NCBI GenBank assembly: GCA_951406725.2
Contig: OX597823.1
Location: 28,148,001 to 28,212,000, forward strand
DNA: 64,000 nt
Origin: Octopus vulgaris
Taxonomy: Eukaryota
Direction: 5' to 3'
The notes beneath the pieces were generated by a model. It had not been told where the DNA came from and ran no database searches. It was given only the letters and a program-made list of their open reading frames with translations. Below, one piece after another: positions 29,682 to 44,924 of this stretch. Positions within the stretch are counted from its first letter, which is position 1, and every line of letters starts with the position of its first letter. Both the position numbers and the translations under genes were made by a program.

Positions 29682-31899
29682 TTTATACATATTGAGATTG
29701 AATAGGTTTAAATTGTAATAAAAGCGGGGTCCAATGAAAATGTGCCTGTATATAAAACGGAGGTCAAACGAAAGTCTTGATAAAGGAAGTATATCTAGAT
29801 TTCGAAGAATAAATCTGAAGACAATGAACAATGGATCGCAAGCAACCTATTTATCTTTACACACTAATGAAGAAAACCAATTGAGACACTAGTTTTAACT
29901 GTAAATTTAAGATGAGGTTCCGTGCATACATTTTATGTGGTGACTACTGTGGCTAGCCCTTAATTCCTGATTGAGTCGAAGGGCCCAATTATGAGATACG
30001 GCTAACCATGAGAAATTTAAGCCAGGCCGATTTCATCTCTCATTCAAGACATAGAAAAAGTGTAAGAAGAGTAAGAAAGAAAGAAAGAAAGGGAGAGAGA
30101 GAGGGGGGGGGAGAGAAAAAACTAACCTAGTATTGGACTAATATTTCTCTATCGACTCCAGCAAAACGAAAAAAAATTCAAATGAACTGGAAGTATTTCA
30201 ACTCAGAGCGCAGAATTCTTGATAGAATAGCGAAAAAGAATTCTCTGAGGCGATCAAACGACTCTGCTAATACACCGAAAACTTTAACTAGATATTTAAA
30301 AATTCACAACGAGAAATTATACAAAACTATAAGCTTCCTTAAGTTCAAGTGCATTATTCTGTTTGTTTCATTTTAGAAGAATTCATATGTAGAACTGTTC
30401 ATAAATACATATAAGGTAAATTTTTCTATTTTTCATTCCCTTCAAAATTGCTCTTAAATGTGGTTTTGGACGTTTTGACTGATCCTTCTATCATATAAGG
30501 CTGCCCGTTAAGGGTCGCCTCTTCTGTTTTTAAATGTACACTAGTTTTATATAGAAAATATGTTGTCTATAGACTGTTTATACATGCTAGGCCACTGGTA
30601 GTGACATTTCTTAAGTTTTGCTATCCTATATTAATTTATGCATATATACATATATATATAAATACATACATACATTCATACATACACACGCGCGAGCACA
30701 TATATACAGATACATATACATATGGTGTGTATGTATGCGGGTATGTATATGTGCGTATACACACGCATTTATATCTAATATTAAGAACACAAAAGGAAGT
30801 GTTTAAATGATGGTTACATTTAGCTGCTATTGTTTCTATGTATGACATTAAACGCATAAATTTTATACACAATTAAATATTATTGTATGATTTAAGTTAT
30901 GATAAGAAATAATGCGGTAAGACAAATCGATATTGTATAAAATGTTTAACTAGACGATGTAAGAGTAACCATAAGGAACAAAAAGTCATTAAGAAAAAAC
31001 GAATACAACATAATTTCTTTGTCAGAAAAACAAGATGAAAAAAAATAAAATTAATTACTTGACCATAATGTGAATGATGAACAGCTAGAATTCATTTGCT
31101 GTTAGATGAATTTTGCCGAAAAATACTCAATGATATTGATCTGCATTGGTGAGTAGCACTAGAGTTATAGTTTAGAAAGAAATGATTTTGAAGATAAAAT
31201 GCGAGATTAATGTAAGATTATGAAAATATGATTTCACGGAAAGCTTTAGAAGTAAGAGCGTTAATAATGTTAAACAGAAAACGTAACTGAATTTTTAATG
31301 GTAAAATATTATTAACATTTCCGAATTATAACCAAGCACTGAGCTGATGCTGATGAGATATTTGAAGTATAATTGTTACTTGTGGATAAATGATATTTTC
31401 TACTAATAATATCGTATTAATATGTATGTGGTGATAAAAGGAAAGATACAAGTCTGTAATACGAATAAAAGTAGCTTAGACAATCAGACAATTCTTTAAT
31501 TATTGCTGGCTTGCATCTGTGATATAAGATATTAATTCTAAAAGATAAGAAAGTTTCTTAGGTGGAGATTATAAATGAGGTTTAAAGGAAAGGATGAATG
31601 TATATAAATAATGATTATGGATTTAATCTGCTTATGTACTTGCACATTTGAAAGAGAAGTAATTTTGTTGGGAGGTATTTGTAAGATCAAAGTTAATTTA
31701 CGAAAGCAAAGACGGTGACAGAGGTGAGTATATATATACACACACACACATATATATATATATACACACACACGCACACACATACACACACACATATATA
31801 TATATATATATACACATATATAATATATATATATATAATGTAATATATATCAGTAATATATATCATATATATATATATATGTATGTATGTATGTGTATA

Positions 31900-32074
31900 G
31901 GTGCAGGTGTGGGTGTGTGGTGAAAAGCTTGCTTCCCAACCACATGGTTCAATGTTCAGTCCCACTACATGCACCTTGGGCAAGTGTTTCTACTATAGCC
32001 TTGAGCTGACCAAATCCTTGTGAGTGAACTCGGTAGACGGAAACTGAGAGAAACCCGTCGAATATATATATATA

Positions 32075-32135
<61 letters not shown>

Positions 32136-32362
32136 ATGTGTGTGTATGTGTGTGTGTGTGTTTCTATGTCTGTGCCCAATACCGCTGGACAACCGGTGTT
32201 GGTCTGTTTATGTCTCCATAACTTAGTGGTTCGGCAAAAGCATCCGATGGAATAAGTACCGGGCTTAACAACGTTAAGTGCTGAATTCGATTCATTCGAC
32301 TAAAAATTCTTCAAAAAGGTGCCCCAGCATGGCCGTAGTCTAATGACTGAAACAAGTAGTAA
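31900..32362 (+). mobile_element. SINE family B with internal (TA)n(TG)n microsatellite
   Basis: Related copies at 34355-34750(+), 50530-50930(-), 52510-52790(-), 56467-56752(-), 57598-58030(+) and 62875-63030(+). Confidence 0.85.
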
Positions 32363-32839
32363 AGAAAGGCTTGATGACAACATTATTTCGCCCAGTCACA
32401 CTCTCATCTAAAAATTCCAACGCACTACTGAAATGTTGATGAGAAATTTCCATCAAATACAAAGATACGGGCCAATTTCTGTTGATGAAATGAAAGACAC
32501 CACCCTATCCAGCTTGAGCAACTGTCTTGCAGTCCTTGGACTCCTCTCTGTTGAATTATTGTACAATTAGCTTTATTATGGCTATACGATCAAAGGGGAC
32601 ATAATTCTACTTTTCTTTTCGTTTGCAGTTCTTTTCACATTTCTATTTTCCCATCTACCTTCTTCCGTGTTTTTCTCGTAATTTCTCTTATACCAGCACC
32701 CTGATTTACAAATTGAAATAGCTATGAGCTCAGAACATGGGAATTGCATGGAAACGCAGAGCATATTATAAAAATCTCCCTTGACTCGCGTGTCTAATGC
32801 ATGAAGCTTTAAAATTATATATATATATATATATGACGA

Positions 32840-33135
32840 AAAACGTTGCCCTTTTCAAGCGTAGCTAGGCTCATGGGTCCAGTTTCCCGGTTTCTGTGGG
32901 GTATGTGTTCCTCCCAGCTGGACAGGAAGCCAGTCCATCTTTTCAAGAAACAGGAAGAGAGAGAAAGTTGTGGCGAAAGAGTACAATAGGAGTCGTCACC
33001 ACCCCCTGCTGGAGCCTCGCGGAGCTTTTAGGTGTTTTCGCTTAATAAACACACACAACGCCCGGTCTGGGAATCGAAACCGCGATAATCCGACCGCGAA
33101 TCCGTTTCCCCAACCACTGGGCCATTGCGCCTCCA
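32840..33135 (-). mobile_element. tRNA-derived SINE with family-A head and a different 3' tail
   Basis: 5' half aligns to 11361-11550; tail matches 59397-59490 rather than 11560-11745. Confidence 0.85.
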
Positions 33136-33170
33136 TATATATATATATATATACAGATACACAAACACAC

Positions 33171-33242
<72 letters not shown>

Positions 33243-33307
33243 CGTGTGTGTGTGTATCTGTATGTATGTATGTATGCATGTATCTATCTCTCTCTCTCTC
33301 TCTCTCT

Positions 33308-33404
<97 letters not shown>

Positions 33405-33406
<2 letters not shown>

Positions 33407-33704
33407 AAGACCCCTTTGGTCATGACTGACCATGGGATTGAACCTACAAGTTCGGGCAAGGTTGTTTATGGAAGACCAGTAGTCGCCCATGTATACCAGC
33501 CTCCCCTCTCCACGCCACCAGTGTTATCCAAGGGAAAGGTAAAGGGGCCGATAAAGATTGGCACCATTGACGTCGCAACTCATTTCTACAGCTGAGTGAA
33601 CAGGAGCAGCGTGAAATAAAGTGTCTTGCTCAAGATCATAACACTCAGCCCGGTCCGGGATTCGAGTTCACAACCTCACGATCTAACCACTGAGCCATGC
33701 GCCT
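33405..33704 (-). mobile_element. tRNA/CORE-type SINE family D
   Basis: Aligns to 49575-49912 with small deletions. Confidence 0.85.
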
Positions 33705-34019
33705 TAGGACACACGCACACAATCACACACACACACACACACATAAACACACACACACACACACACACACACGCACGCACACTCACACACATATAAAATA
33801 GAAAATGGGACAAGGACGCAAAACATCCGGACAACTAGATGATACAAAAAGAGACAACAAAACATCTAGATAGACGATACAAAGAAAGCAAGGACGGGTC
33901 ACTCGAAGTCTTCTTCTTCAGTCAAGAACCAGGTTATCCTCGCAATTTCGGCTGCGTATTCTTGAGATTGTTCCAATCTGGCCAGCCCCAAGGAAAAACA
34001 TTTGATTCCTTGGAAGAAA

Positions 34020-34210
34020 GCATTGCATGGGATGGGACCTTTGGAACAATGCAGTCATGTCTAGTTCGGAGGGCTGGTATAACACCTGATACCAAAGTTG
34101 GTGCTAGCCACTCGAAGGTATTTCATATATCACTGTTGCTTCAGGGAGTATGGTCGAAGCTCTTTGAGCTTCTCCCAATATGACAGCTGTTCCATTGATG
34201 CAATCTTCCA
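34020..34210 (-). mobile_element. Degenerate CR1/L2-type ORF2 fragment
   Basis: Minus strand YWEKLKELRPYSL...CIVPKVP. Confidence 0.55.
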
Positions 34211-34494
34211 GGCCTAAAACCTCTGAACGGCCACAAGTCCTGCTATTAAGTTGTCACTCTAGCATGACCGGAGTTGAGAGTAGTAGTTCAGATGGCTGGA
34301 TATAAATTTCCTCCATAACACCAGTATAGTTTCCTGGTCCGTTGTTATATATATGGGAGTGGCTGTGTGATGAGTAGCTTGCTTACGAACCACATGCTTC
34401 CGGATTCATCTTGGTCAAGTCTTCTACTATAGCCTCGGGTCGACCAAAGCTTTGTGAGTGGAATTGGTGGAGAGAGACTGAAAGAAATTCGATG

Positions 34495-34527
<33 letters not shown>

Positions 34528-34808
34528 GTGTGTGTGTGTTTGTGTGTCTGTGTTTGTCCCCCAACATCACATGACAACCGATGCTACTGGTGTGTTTACG
34601 TCCCCATAACTTAGCGGTTCTTCCCAAGAGGCCGATAGAATAAGGGCAAGGCTTCTAAAGAATAAGTTTTGGGGTCGATTTGCTCGACTAAATATGGTGC
34701 TCCAGCATGGGCGCAGTCAAATAAATGAAACAAAAGAATAAAACAATAAAAGATTACATACATACATGCATACATACATATATATATATTTATAAACATA
34801 TACATATG

Positions 34809-34850
<42 letters not shown>

Positions 34851-35215
34851 TAGATAAACTTAGATATGTTTCGACCAAAGATTGGTCCAGGCCATGTCTA
34901 ACTTAATAGCACCACCTGATATATGTACGTATGTATGTATGTATGTATGTATGTATGTATGTATGTATGTATGTATGTATGTATGTATGTATGTATACTT
35001 ATATTTTGTAGTGGTGGCAGTGTCTCATGAAACATTCAATGATATCTTCCCACTTCTCCCTATAGTATTTTCCTTATGTCACTTGATTCTTCCATGTGAG
35101 CAAGATCTAAAACATTTCCAATAAATATGCATATATTAGAATACCGAACAGAGTAAATTAACAAAATTTGGCAAAGCTGCAAACAATTTTACTATTCATC
35201 ATTATCATTATTATT

Positions 35216-35777
35216 GATTCAGAGAGCAGTGCATGCCATCAAAGTGACACTGGGGTAAAATATACGAAGCCCAGTATACCAATCATGACCACCCGTCTGA
35301 TAAGGGTACACTAGGAACATGCATCACAACCATATGTGCAAGACATGGTGATCTCATATCAAGATAAACAGCATATGACCGTGCAGGTGGGACCCAGTTA
35401 GAATCTTCTTCAGGCCAAGTAGCCCATCCTGCTCAAAAGGTCCCTCAACAAGGGTTTTTTTTATGGATGTTGAACGAAACACCCATGTTTGCAAAGATGA
35501 ATTATCAAAAAACTCTAGAGAATTTCTCCCCACACATGGCTATGATGCTCCCCCACTACTCCTGCTTGTGATCAGAGATGCACATATCGTCAGCCACTAA
35601 AGTACATGGTCAACTTGTTAAGGTCAAACAACTGACAAGCAAATCTGTGGTATTGAACAGAATATTTGCTGTAGCCCATCTTTTATACCAAGACAAAACA
35701 ATGTGTATGATAACACTTTCAATCTATGAAGATCAGAAGCCACGAGAGGCCCTGCCTGGTACTGCATCAGGGCATTT
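35216..35777 (-). mobile_element. 560-bp (TAA)n-associated non-coding repeat, full copy
   Basis: Collinear with 14080-14637; ATT repeats on both sides. Confidence 0.88.
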
Positions 35778-37895
35778 ATTATTATTGATATTATTATTAT
35801 CATTATTATTATTGTTGTTGTTGTTGTTGTTGTTGTTGTTATTATTATTTGCTTCTGTTCGAATCGAATGTGATTACTTCAGCTGATAAATTTTTCGATT
35901 AGTAAGCATATTCTGAATGTGAAAATGTTTGTATTTTTGCACGCGCGCGTGTATGTGTGTGTGTGTGTAAGTGTATTCGTGTGTGCGCGCGCATGCGCAT
36001 GCGCGTGTATGAACAAATATTGAACGAAATTATTGATTGTTTTCTTGATGTTCCTTTGGGGCCAATGACTCTTTATTAGAAGATTTTTATTGGATTATTT
36101 TTGTTTTTTGCTGATAATCTCTGACGTATTTCAACATTGTGGCGACAAGACAGAAACCAAAAGAAATGAACTTCTCTTCAAACGAAAATCAAAGTTTCTA
36201 GGAGCGATAGAAAAGGTAAAAAAAAATAGCGTTAACAAATAATTCACACAGACCTGAAGAAAAGGAAAAAGTGACAATATTTTAAGCATTGAAAGAAGAT
36301 TGCAATGTCATTCCTGATAATCACAGCAGCAAAGAAAAGAAAAATGTGGGAAAAATTGTGTTGCTTACATTGCTTCAAAAAAAGGTTTATTTAAAATTCG
36401 ATAGAACTTAGTCATCGAAGAAAATATGGTAACTCTCTGTCTACATGCTCGAGGAATTACTGAAGAACCCATTAAAAATAGGCCAGAGTTTAGTTCACCT
36501 ATAAAAGGTGCGACCAAGGGAAATTCTGGGAGATGTGTGAAGCATTAATGACCAAGTCAAACCCTACGGAAGTCATCGGTTGGCATTTTTAGGGTGAGGC
36601 CAAAACGGATCGATAGACAAAATTTATATTATTTTATCGAGTTATACTACAACATATGCATCTATGCTATACAAAGATGACAGTAAGGGGAATTAATAGT
36701 AATTTTGAACCCTAGCTTGCTTTATCTTTTGTGATAATTCCAAAAATGAACTTTGCTTGGTCGGGTGATTTCTGTGTTGAGTCTAAAGACCTTAACATCC
36801 ATAAGCCCACGTAGCAATATCGAGCAATATCGAGACTAAAGCAGTGAGGCTGATGGAGCAGGGCACATTGTACAACTGTTATTCTTGTGGCAGCAACATC
36901 TAAAGTTTTCTGCTCCGAAGTATAAAAGAACAGCAGGATCCATAAACTCTATGACTAACAGACATGGCTATAAATAGTCAGTACGGATCAACAAGAAGAA
37001 ATGCATACATTAGTGACATTAACAAAAATGACAATATGACAGGTGTAACTAATCTTTTGTAAGCGTCCTATGATACAATTGGCGTCGTAGTATGATTCAA
37101 CTTGAGGCAAAGAAGATGGCAAGGAAGAGGTATGTTATAGAGAAGAGTATTACCTTACCCGGCGAATCGATTCAGGAATAGGAGGAGATATGCACAGCTT
37201 TATTTTTAAAATGTAGACCGATTATATGTCTCCGAAAGTGAACTAAGGGCAACTCAGAACGTTCTATGGTTGTATATTAACTTCGAGACGAGACATGCGA
37301 AATTTGTTCTTCGGTTTTAAAATCGAGAAACAGTCAAAGAGACAAGTAGAGTTAGTAAATTCCCGATTAGTGACAGATTTGTATTACAGTAGATGAGTTT
37401 GAAAAAAAAAGAATTAGCCCAGATAGTAAGTTTTGGATCTGAGTGACCTTCGTGCAACAGCACGGGCAATAGATGAGCTTAGAGATGCAAAATGTCGTGA
37501 GAACTCTGAACAGGTTTGAGGATATCCTAAGTATCTCCGAGCTGTATCCTGATGAAGGAGTCGACGTGAGGTCTACCAAACTGGTTCTGTCGTTGGCATA
37601 GATATGTTAGTAAAGATCACATGAGGGTTTAACCTCCAGAATAAATTTGAAAAAGAGGATAGAAAGCAACATGAACAGGACCTGAGTTAATGACCAGGAC
37701 TGGTGCTACAGCAATTTCTACACCATCATTGCAGACCGAAGGATAGCCAGAGAGAAGGAAAACGAAATCATCTCATTCCCTACGCTACCGGTGACAAGGT
37801 ACGGCGAACAGAGATACCGTCTCCTCTACTGCAGGATCATCCGGCATCTACAAGCAGCCATACCACTCTACCATTTTGAAAACTAGTGAATTGTA

Positions 37896-38621
37896 CGAGG
37901 CGCATTCAAGAGTTTTTTTTTAGGAGAAGCAGTTATAACTGTTCTAGATTATTGTAATTTTAGCATTTCATAATACATTTATTAACAAGCCAACTTTTGT
38001 TTCTAGACTGGAGGAGACGACTGTAACGGTATTTTGAACGCACCCTACTAGGCATTGTCACAGCTGACTGGTTTCGAGAATGCTGTTCGGGACTTGAAGA
38101 CAATTTGGAAGCCTGCTAGCGTATAAAGTTTTGTGTTAAACTGGGCCAAAACGCTACCCAAACGTATGAAATACTCCATACTACTTATAGATTAAGTTGT
38201 AGGAGCCGAACATCTGTTTCTCATTTGTACAATAGGCCAGACAATGCAAGTGCGCCGGGAAGCTCATGATGATCCCGTTTTCCGATAGTAAGGGGACATA
38301 CATCTACATCCACTAGGTTCCCTTTGGCTAGACCGTCAGCAAAAAGTGTTTTGTTGAGGTTTTGAGGGCATTCAGAAAAGTACTAGTCCATAATTTCAAG
38401 ATGCTAATCAACAACTTGGGTATCAAAACAACTGCCCCTCATGTTCCATACAGTCCAGACCTTGCTCCCTTTGGCATTTAGTTGTTTCCCAAGCAGAAAG
38501 AGAAGATAAAGAAGGCTGTGGCATGAGCCCCTGGATACCTTCACTTTGAATGACATCTATGGAGCTTTCACGAAGTAGCTGGGACGCTACGACAAGTGCA
38601 TGGAGGTTGGAATGCGCCTTG
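37896..38621 (+). mobile_element. Decayed, deleted mariner element
   Basis: Ends ta|cgaggcgcattc and gaatgcgccttg|ta; remnants IKFCVKLGQNATQTYEIL, SAGKLMMI and PYSPDLAP. Confidence 0.85.
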
Positions 38622-39739
38622 TATATAGTATTTTTATGCTCATTAGGGAAAAGATTATCATTGCTTGTTTTGGCTTCACATATTTACACAAACTGGTTTA
38701 GAAAATTATTTCTTTCAAGATTATTCTTAGACGAAAAAAAAAAAGATGTTTCCTTTTATTTTAACAACAAAAGACTCTGTACTTTCACTGCAATACTTTT
38801 GGGTTGAACAAAAGGTTTGTCGACACATTGTTTTCAAATCTTTCACATATGTAGCACAATAGTCAACTGCATCATTATACGTGGTTTAAAATGCCCTAAA
38901 TATAGTACAATTATATACAAGATATAGCGATGCTAGTAGTAGATACGGTAATGTAAAGAGATATAGCACACAGTTTCTTTCAAACACAATAACAGACGTT
39001 GAAAATCCTTGTCAATAGAAAAAACATTCAGCAGAGCCTGAAGCGTAAACACATTTATACAATGTAAAAAGAGCATCCAAAATATAACTTTCAATGGAAA
39101 ACAAAAACAGCAGGAACAGTAGAAACAACAACGACACGCCAAACCTCAACATTTCAACTCAGGCGTACACTTCTGGTCGTAAAAATCTCGTTGATACTAT
39201 CCAGTTTTACAAAAAAAAAAAGATATGTCGAGGAAAACCATGCCTCGTTCCCTAAGGAATGAGCAAAGAGGAAAAACATGGATACATATGTTTAGTTCTC
39301 AAACATATGCATACACTGCCTGGATTTTAATTTTTACCAGTGTTTTTGTAATTTCTTTGAATTTTTTCTCTCACTAAACTAGTAAATTTTTTAGTATTTT
39401 TTCTTTTTCTTCATTTTTACAATCGTTTTGTCATTTTTAAATATTTCTTTGACTTTTCTTCTTTCACGGATTTCGTACATTTTGTCTGTCACTTATTTAC
39501 ATTACATAAAACCTTCCTTTTTGCGTAAAACCGTTTCACACACATATTTTCACACTCTCATATCTATTACGCAATCCACGTTCCCCTTGTCTTACACGCT
39601 CGCTCCTTATCACCTCTTTATACCCATGTTTTCTACACACATCGCTTACACACGCCCTAAAACGCCTCATCACCATTTATCTACGCCACTATATTATAGT
39701 ATACTACACTATACTATACTATATATATATATATATATG

Positions 39740-39777
<38 letters not shown>

Positions 39778-40461
39778 TACAGACAGATAGACAGTGAGAG
39801 AAAGAGACAGACAGACAGACAGAGAGTGAGAGAGAATGAGAGAGAGATTTACGAGCTAAAGTGTAACATTTATATTATTAGAAAATTAAAAAAAATATTC
39901 AATTAAACTGATTAGAACTACCAGTGATGTCATTCGTTCTCTTTATTCAAATATACTTAACAGTACCAAGGATCTACATATTTTCCAATATGTATATATC
40001 TATATATATATATACATATATAAGATAGAAAGAAAAATATTTGGCTAATTCTTATTTATATGTTGTTCTAACTTTATTATCCTTATTTTTGCTTTTATTA
40101 CTCTTGTCTTTTCCTTTTATTGTCATTTACTTCCAGTACTCTCACTCTTTATTTCTTATTTTTTTCATTTTTTAATTTTTTAAATTTTTAACTTCTATTT
40201 TTTCTTCCTCTCTTATTTTCCTTCCTATCTTATACAAGAGAGTTAAATATAAACTCATTCCAATCTATTTAACATTCACTCTATTTTGATTGGTGATACA
40301 GTATGAGCGGATTTTCGAAATCCAATGAATCTTTATACATTTATAAAGTTAGGAAATTTTACAAATACCCTATTTCAAGGAGGTATGATAAACTTTTTAT
40401 AATGGGTAATGCTTTTCATATTTTTTATATTGTGATGTAATTCTTCGGACTAACAATGTTT

Positions 40462-40552
40462 GCGGCTGAAGAGAGCTTTAAACCATCTTTTATACCAATA
40501 ATACACTGATGTAATAACGGATTGCTTATAAAGCTTGAAACACGTGTACCGC
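40462..40552 (+). ncRNA. Type-I hammerhead ribozyme with canonical core and long loop II
   Basis: gcgg-CTGAAGA-GAGCTTTA-(48 nt)-TAAAGCTT-GAAA-cacgtg-TA-ccgc. Confidence 0.75.
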
Positions 40553-40695
40553 GATATCCTTTGTGTTCTGTTTTTAATTTATATTTGATATATTCTCTCT
40601 CAGCTCTGCCACTATCTGGCATAGCCAGGTGCTTATACTTATCAAGTATCCACTCTAAATTTACAGTATCTACTATATATATATATACATACATG

Positions 40696-40825
<130 letters not shown>

Positions 40826-41247
40826 ATGTATATATATATATATATATATGCGTTAGACCAAAGAAATGTAGGTATTATGTAGCCGAAAGACAACTACAGT
40901 TATAGATTCTAAGAGCTCTAATGACTTATTAAATTCCAGATCTGAAATTTCCATGAATTATAAGCATTTGGTGAAAATTCTTCCAATGAACTGAAAGTAC
41001 CAGACTCTTTGTTATACGAATGCAATCACACTAATTTTAACTTTTCCCCCCGTTGAATTAATTTACACCGTTTTAAGTTTGATTCGAATTGGCCAGAGGA
41101 TGTAACTCTTAATTTTCCTTTTTCACATTCTACTTTTTTTTTAGCCTTCCTCTCGTTATTTCAAGCATTTTGTGAAAGACAGCCACATTACATAACGTGA
41201 GTCCGACAAATTTCTTGGAAAAACAAGGCACACTATAAAAGCTTATA

Positions 41248-41384
41248 TATCACCTTGATCACCTTGACCGACCAGTCCGTCGGGCGTCCGTTTGACACCG
41301 CTGGTCACAGCACACTGTCCACTCTTTTCTGGATCGCGCCTTTCTCATCCACGTGATCCCAATCGTCCTCTTGAAATCGTAACT
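41248..41384 (-). mobile_element. RTE-clade LINE 3' end
   Basis: Minus strand TIGITWMRKARSRKEW... then (caaggtgat) tandem tail. Confidence 0.65.
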
Positions 41385-41421
41385 TATATATAAATATATA
41401 TATATATATGTATGTGTGTGT

Positions 41422-41559
<138 letters not shown>

Positions 41560-42979
41560 GATAAAAGACGAAAGTCGAATCCAGGACTGAAATAACCGGA
41601 CCAGATACAGAATTGCCTTTCATATGAAACCTTAAAACTGTCACCAACCTCCTGCCCTGGATTGCGTTTTATTTTCGACTTCGAAACTATAAAATTGAAA
41701 GTTGATTTCGCTGTGATTTGAATTCAAGGTCCAGGAAAACACACTTCTATGCATTTTATCCAAATCTTAAACGATTTTGATCACTTGTAATTTGGAAGCG
41801 ACCGCCTGTCTGTAATCAGTTATTTGGCTATAATCACTCATTCATTTCATATTGGATAAAGAAATATTCGCTTCTTTGCAATAATTTGTTGACCAATGCA
41901 GCTGTAACATTCACACAGTCTTACAGCGATTCCAAAGAAGAGACAAAAGGGTAAGTATTTAGGGAAAATAATGAGGGTAGACTTCATTAAGCAACAAATA
42001 AAATAGCACGAATACAGTTCTTGTATCGATTATACCGACGTCGGACAGATGCGAAATTAAAACGCTAGGTGTCAAAACTAGTTGTTAAGCTATAATTTAA
42101 TCAACAAATCTTCTCTTCATGGATACACCACTGTTTTAAAAAAATCCAATTAAATAACAGTTCAAGTTTGACTATTACCGACTTCTCCCAACAATAATTA
42201 TTTTTATTACAAATATAACAAAATAATTTGATAGAATTTATCAATTTCTTTTCTTATTGCCCTTATCTCCCGCTGTACACGTATTCTTTGCATTTCCGTG
42301 TATTTCCGTGCACTTCCGTTCTTTGTTCAAACATTTCTTCCATCCAACCATTATATTTTTTTTATCACTGCTATCTATTTTTCGCTTCTTTCCTTTTACT
42401 TTTTCTTAAAATGTCTTCCATTCTTTTTTGAATTCCTTCATTCATATTTATTGCTTTTAGTCTTTATAATTTCTATTTTATATTTTAACCCATCCTAGAT
42501 TTTGTCATTAACTTCCTTCCCATCATTATTATCATCGCAATTTCGTTCTTTTCTCTTTCCTTCTTTCTTTCTTTCCATTGATTCAAACAATAATTGGTTC
42601 CACAGTCAAGCAATGTAACAATTATAGGCCACTCTGTATAAGCACAAATTTACGACCTATTTAATAAGATCCAGTGAATTGGATGAGTTCCATTCCATCC
42701 ACCCAAGACCCACAGTGTGCCTTTACGAAATTACTACACCATCTATAAACAGCAACCTGAATTCCTTCATATGAGCAACCACAGGTCATCATTGGAAGAT
42801 GAAGTTTCATATAGGGACCTCTCCTATATGAAATAATTAGCTAATAATAGCAGCTAATAATTCCTTCAAATCAAACGTTACTGCCGCGTCAGTGAACAGT
42901 GTGATTCTAAATATGCACAAGAGAGTCACGGAGGGAGGTTCTTTGATCTTAGATCAAAGTTCTGACCAGGTGAAACTAC

Positions 42980-43815
42980 CCCACCACCTCCACCACCACT
43001 GCAATAATCACCGCCATCACCAACACCATCGTCACCACAGCAGTTACCAGTACAAGCAGTAGCTTCGCCAACAGCAGTTCCACCACAACCATCACCATCA
43101 CTACCACAACCACCACCACACCACCACAACCACCATCACCAGCACCGTCACTACTACAACCACCACTATCACCATCACCACAACCACCACTACCACCATC
43201 ACCACAACCGCAACCACAACCACCACCACACCACCACAACACCACAACCACCACCAACAACAACAACCAGCCACCAGCACCACCTGCACCACCAGCGCCA
43301 CCAGCACCACTAGCACCACCAGCACCACCACCACAACCACAACCCCCCACCGCAAAAACCACCACCACCACCACCACAACCACCATCACCAGCACCATCA
43401 CCAGCACCATCACCACTACAACCACCACTATCACCATCACCACAACCACCACTACCACCATCACCACAACCTCAACCACAACCACCACCACACCACTACA
43501 ACACCACAACCACCACCACCACCACCACCAACAACAACAACAACCAGCCATCAGCACTACCACCACAACCACAACCCCCCACCGCAAAAACCACCACCAC
43601 AACACCACCACCACTATCACCACAACCGCAACCACAACCACCATCACACCACCACAACACCACAACCACCACCACCACCACCATCACCACCAACACCAAC
43701 CAGCCACCAGCACCACCAGCACCACCACCACAACCACAACCCCCCACCGCAAAAACCACCAGCACCAGCACCAGCACCAGCACCACCACCAGCACCAGCA
43801 CCACCACTAACACCA
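42980..43815. repeat. Degenerate (ACC)n array with higher-order duplications
   Basis: caaccacaaccccccaccgcaaaaaccacc recurs near 43335, 43566 and 43731. Confidence 0.9.
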
Positions 43816-44168
43816 AGTAATAGTTGTTTTAATAAACCCAGATGAAAGAGAAAGTTAACCTCAAATTCAATCTTCCTCTTTAGAACAAACTAGTATAACG
43901 CATCTAAACGGAGCTCTACATTTTGTGCCAATCTAAGGCTGTTTGCCGATACATAATATAATGAACTATTACATTATCGCATTCAATCAATTACATTATA
44001 CCATTCAACCATTCATCTATCAGCTTGATAGGGAAATTCGATTATCTGATCTATCGTATATCAGAAAGATCCCACAGACCAGTGGCGTGGCAGCTCTATT
44101 AAATTATAGATAAATACTTGTAGCGGTGGTGATAGTAGTAGTGGTAGTAGTAATAGTAGTAGCAGTAA

Positions 44169-44212
<44 letters not shown>

Positions 44213-44604
44213 ATAGTGGTGATGGTGGTGGTGATAGTAGTAGTACTGCTAGTAGTAGTGGTGAAGTGGTGATTATGTTCGTATCAGTGATGGTAGTGGT
44301 AGTTTTGCTGGTGGTCGTGAAAGTAATTGAAGTAGCTGTAATAGATGTTGTTGTACCAGCAGTAGCATCATCATCATCATCCTCATCATCAGTAATAGTA
44401 GTAGTAGTAGTAGTAGTAGGAGTTACGCCTAAAATCAATCTTGAGCTGGCAGAAAGACTTCAACTAAAGTTATTTCCATGCTAATTGACTTGAAGCTAAA
44501 ACACCACCATCAACGCAACCACCACCACCACCTACACAACCACCAGTACCACCACCAGTACCACCACCACCACCACCACCACCACCGCCGTCGCCGCGGC
44601 CACC

Positions 44605-44722
44605 GCGGATAAGACTGATCTTTGTGGATCTTAAAACGTCTTTTCAGGCCTCCGTTAGATTTGCAAACCTTCTGGCATACACTGCATTCAAAGGTGTGCA
44701 CAAACATATAGGCAGAATAGTT
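44605..44722 (-). mobile_element. C2H2-finger-encoding repeat fragment, probably an RTE-type LINE C-terminus
   Basis: FECSVCQKVCKSNGGLKRRFKIHK; related copy at 46345-46606. Confidence 0.55.
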
Positions 44723-44763
<41 letters not shown>

Positions 44764-44924
44764 ATAATGCATACATACTAACGTATACGTTACACTGTAA
44801 TATATATATTTCTTTAATCTTCTTGCTCTGTATTTGAGAAAAATCATATGTATGTACGTATGTATGTATATATATATCTATATGTGTCTGTGTCTCATTT
44901 TTATTTAACACATACACGCACACA

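Noticed and set aside
35725-35777. HDV-like ribozyme at the end of the 560-bp repeat (GCC-TCTCGT-GGC resembles P3/L3)
   Set aside because: No complementary P1 strand found and the motif is not kept in the 14.6-kb copy
37545-37585. CTGATGA motif as a hammerhead
   Set aside because: No GAAA or closing stems
36270-37880. Microsatellite-free stretch that might be a gene
   Set aside because: No sustained ORF or recognisable motif; probably old transposon debris
42976-43816. Gly/Val-rich or Pro/Thr-rich ORFs
   Set aside because: Frames shift irregularly within a degenerate (ACC)n array
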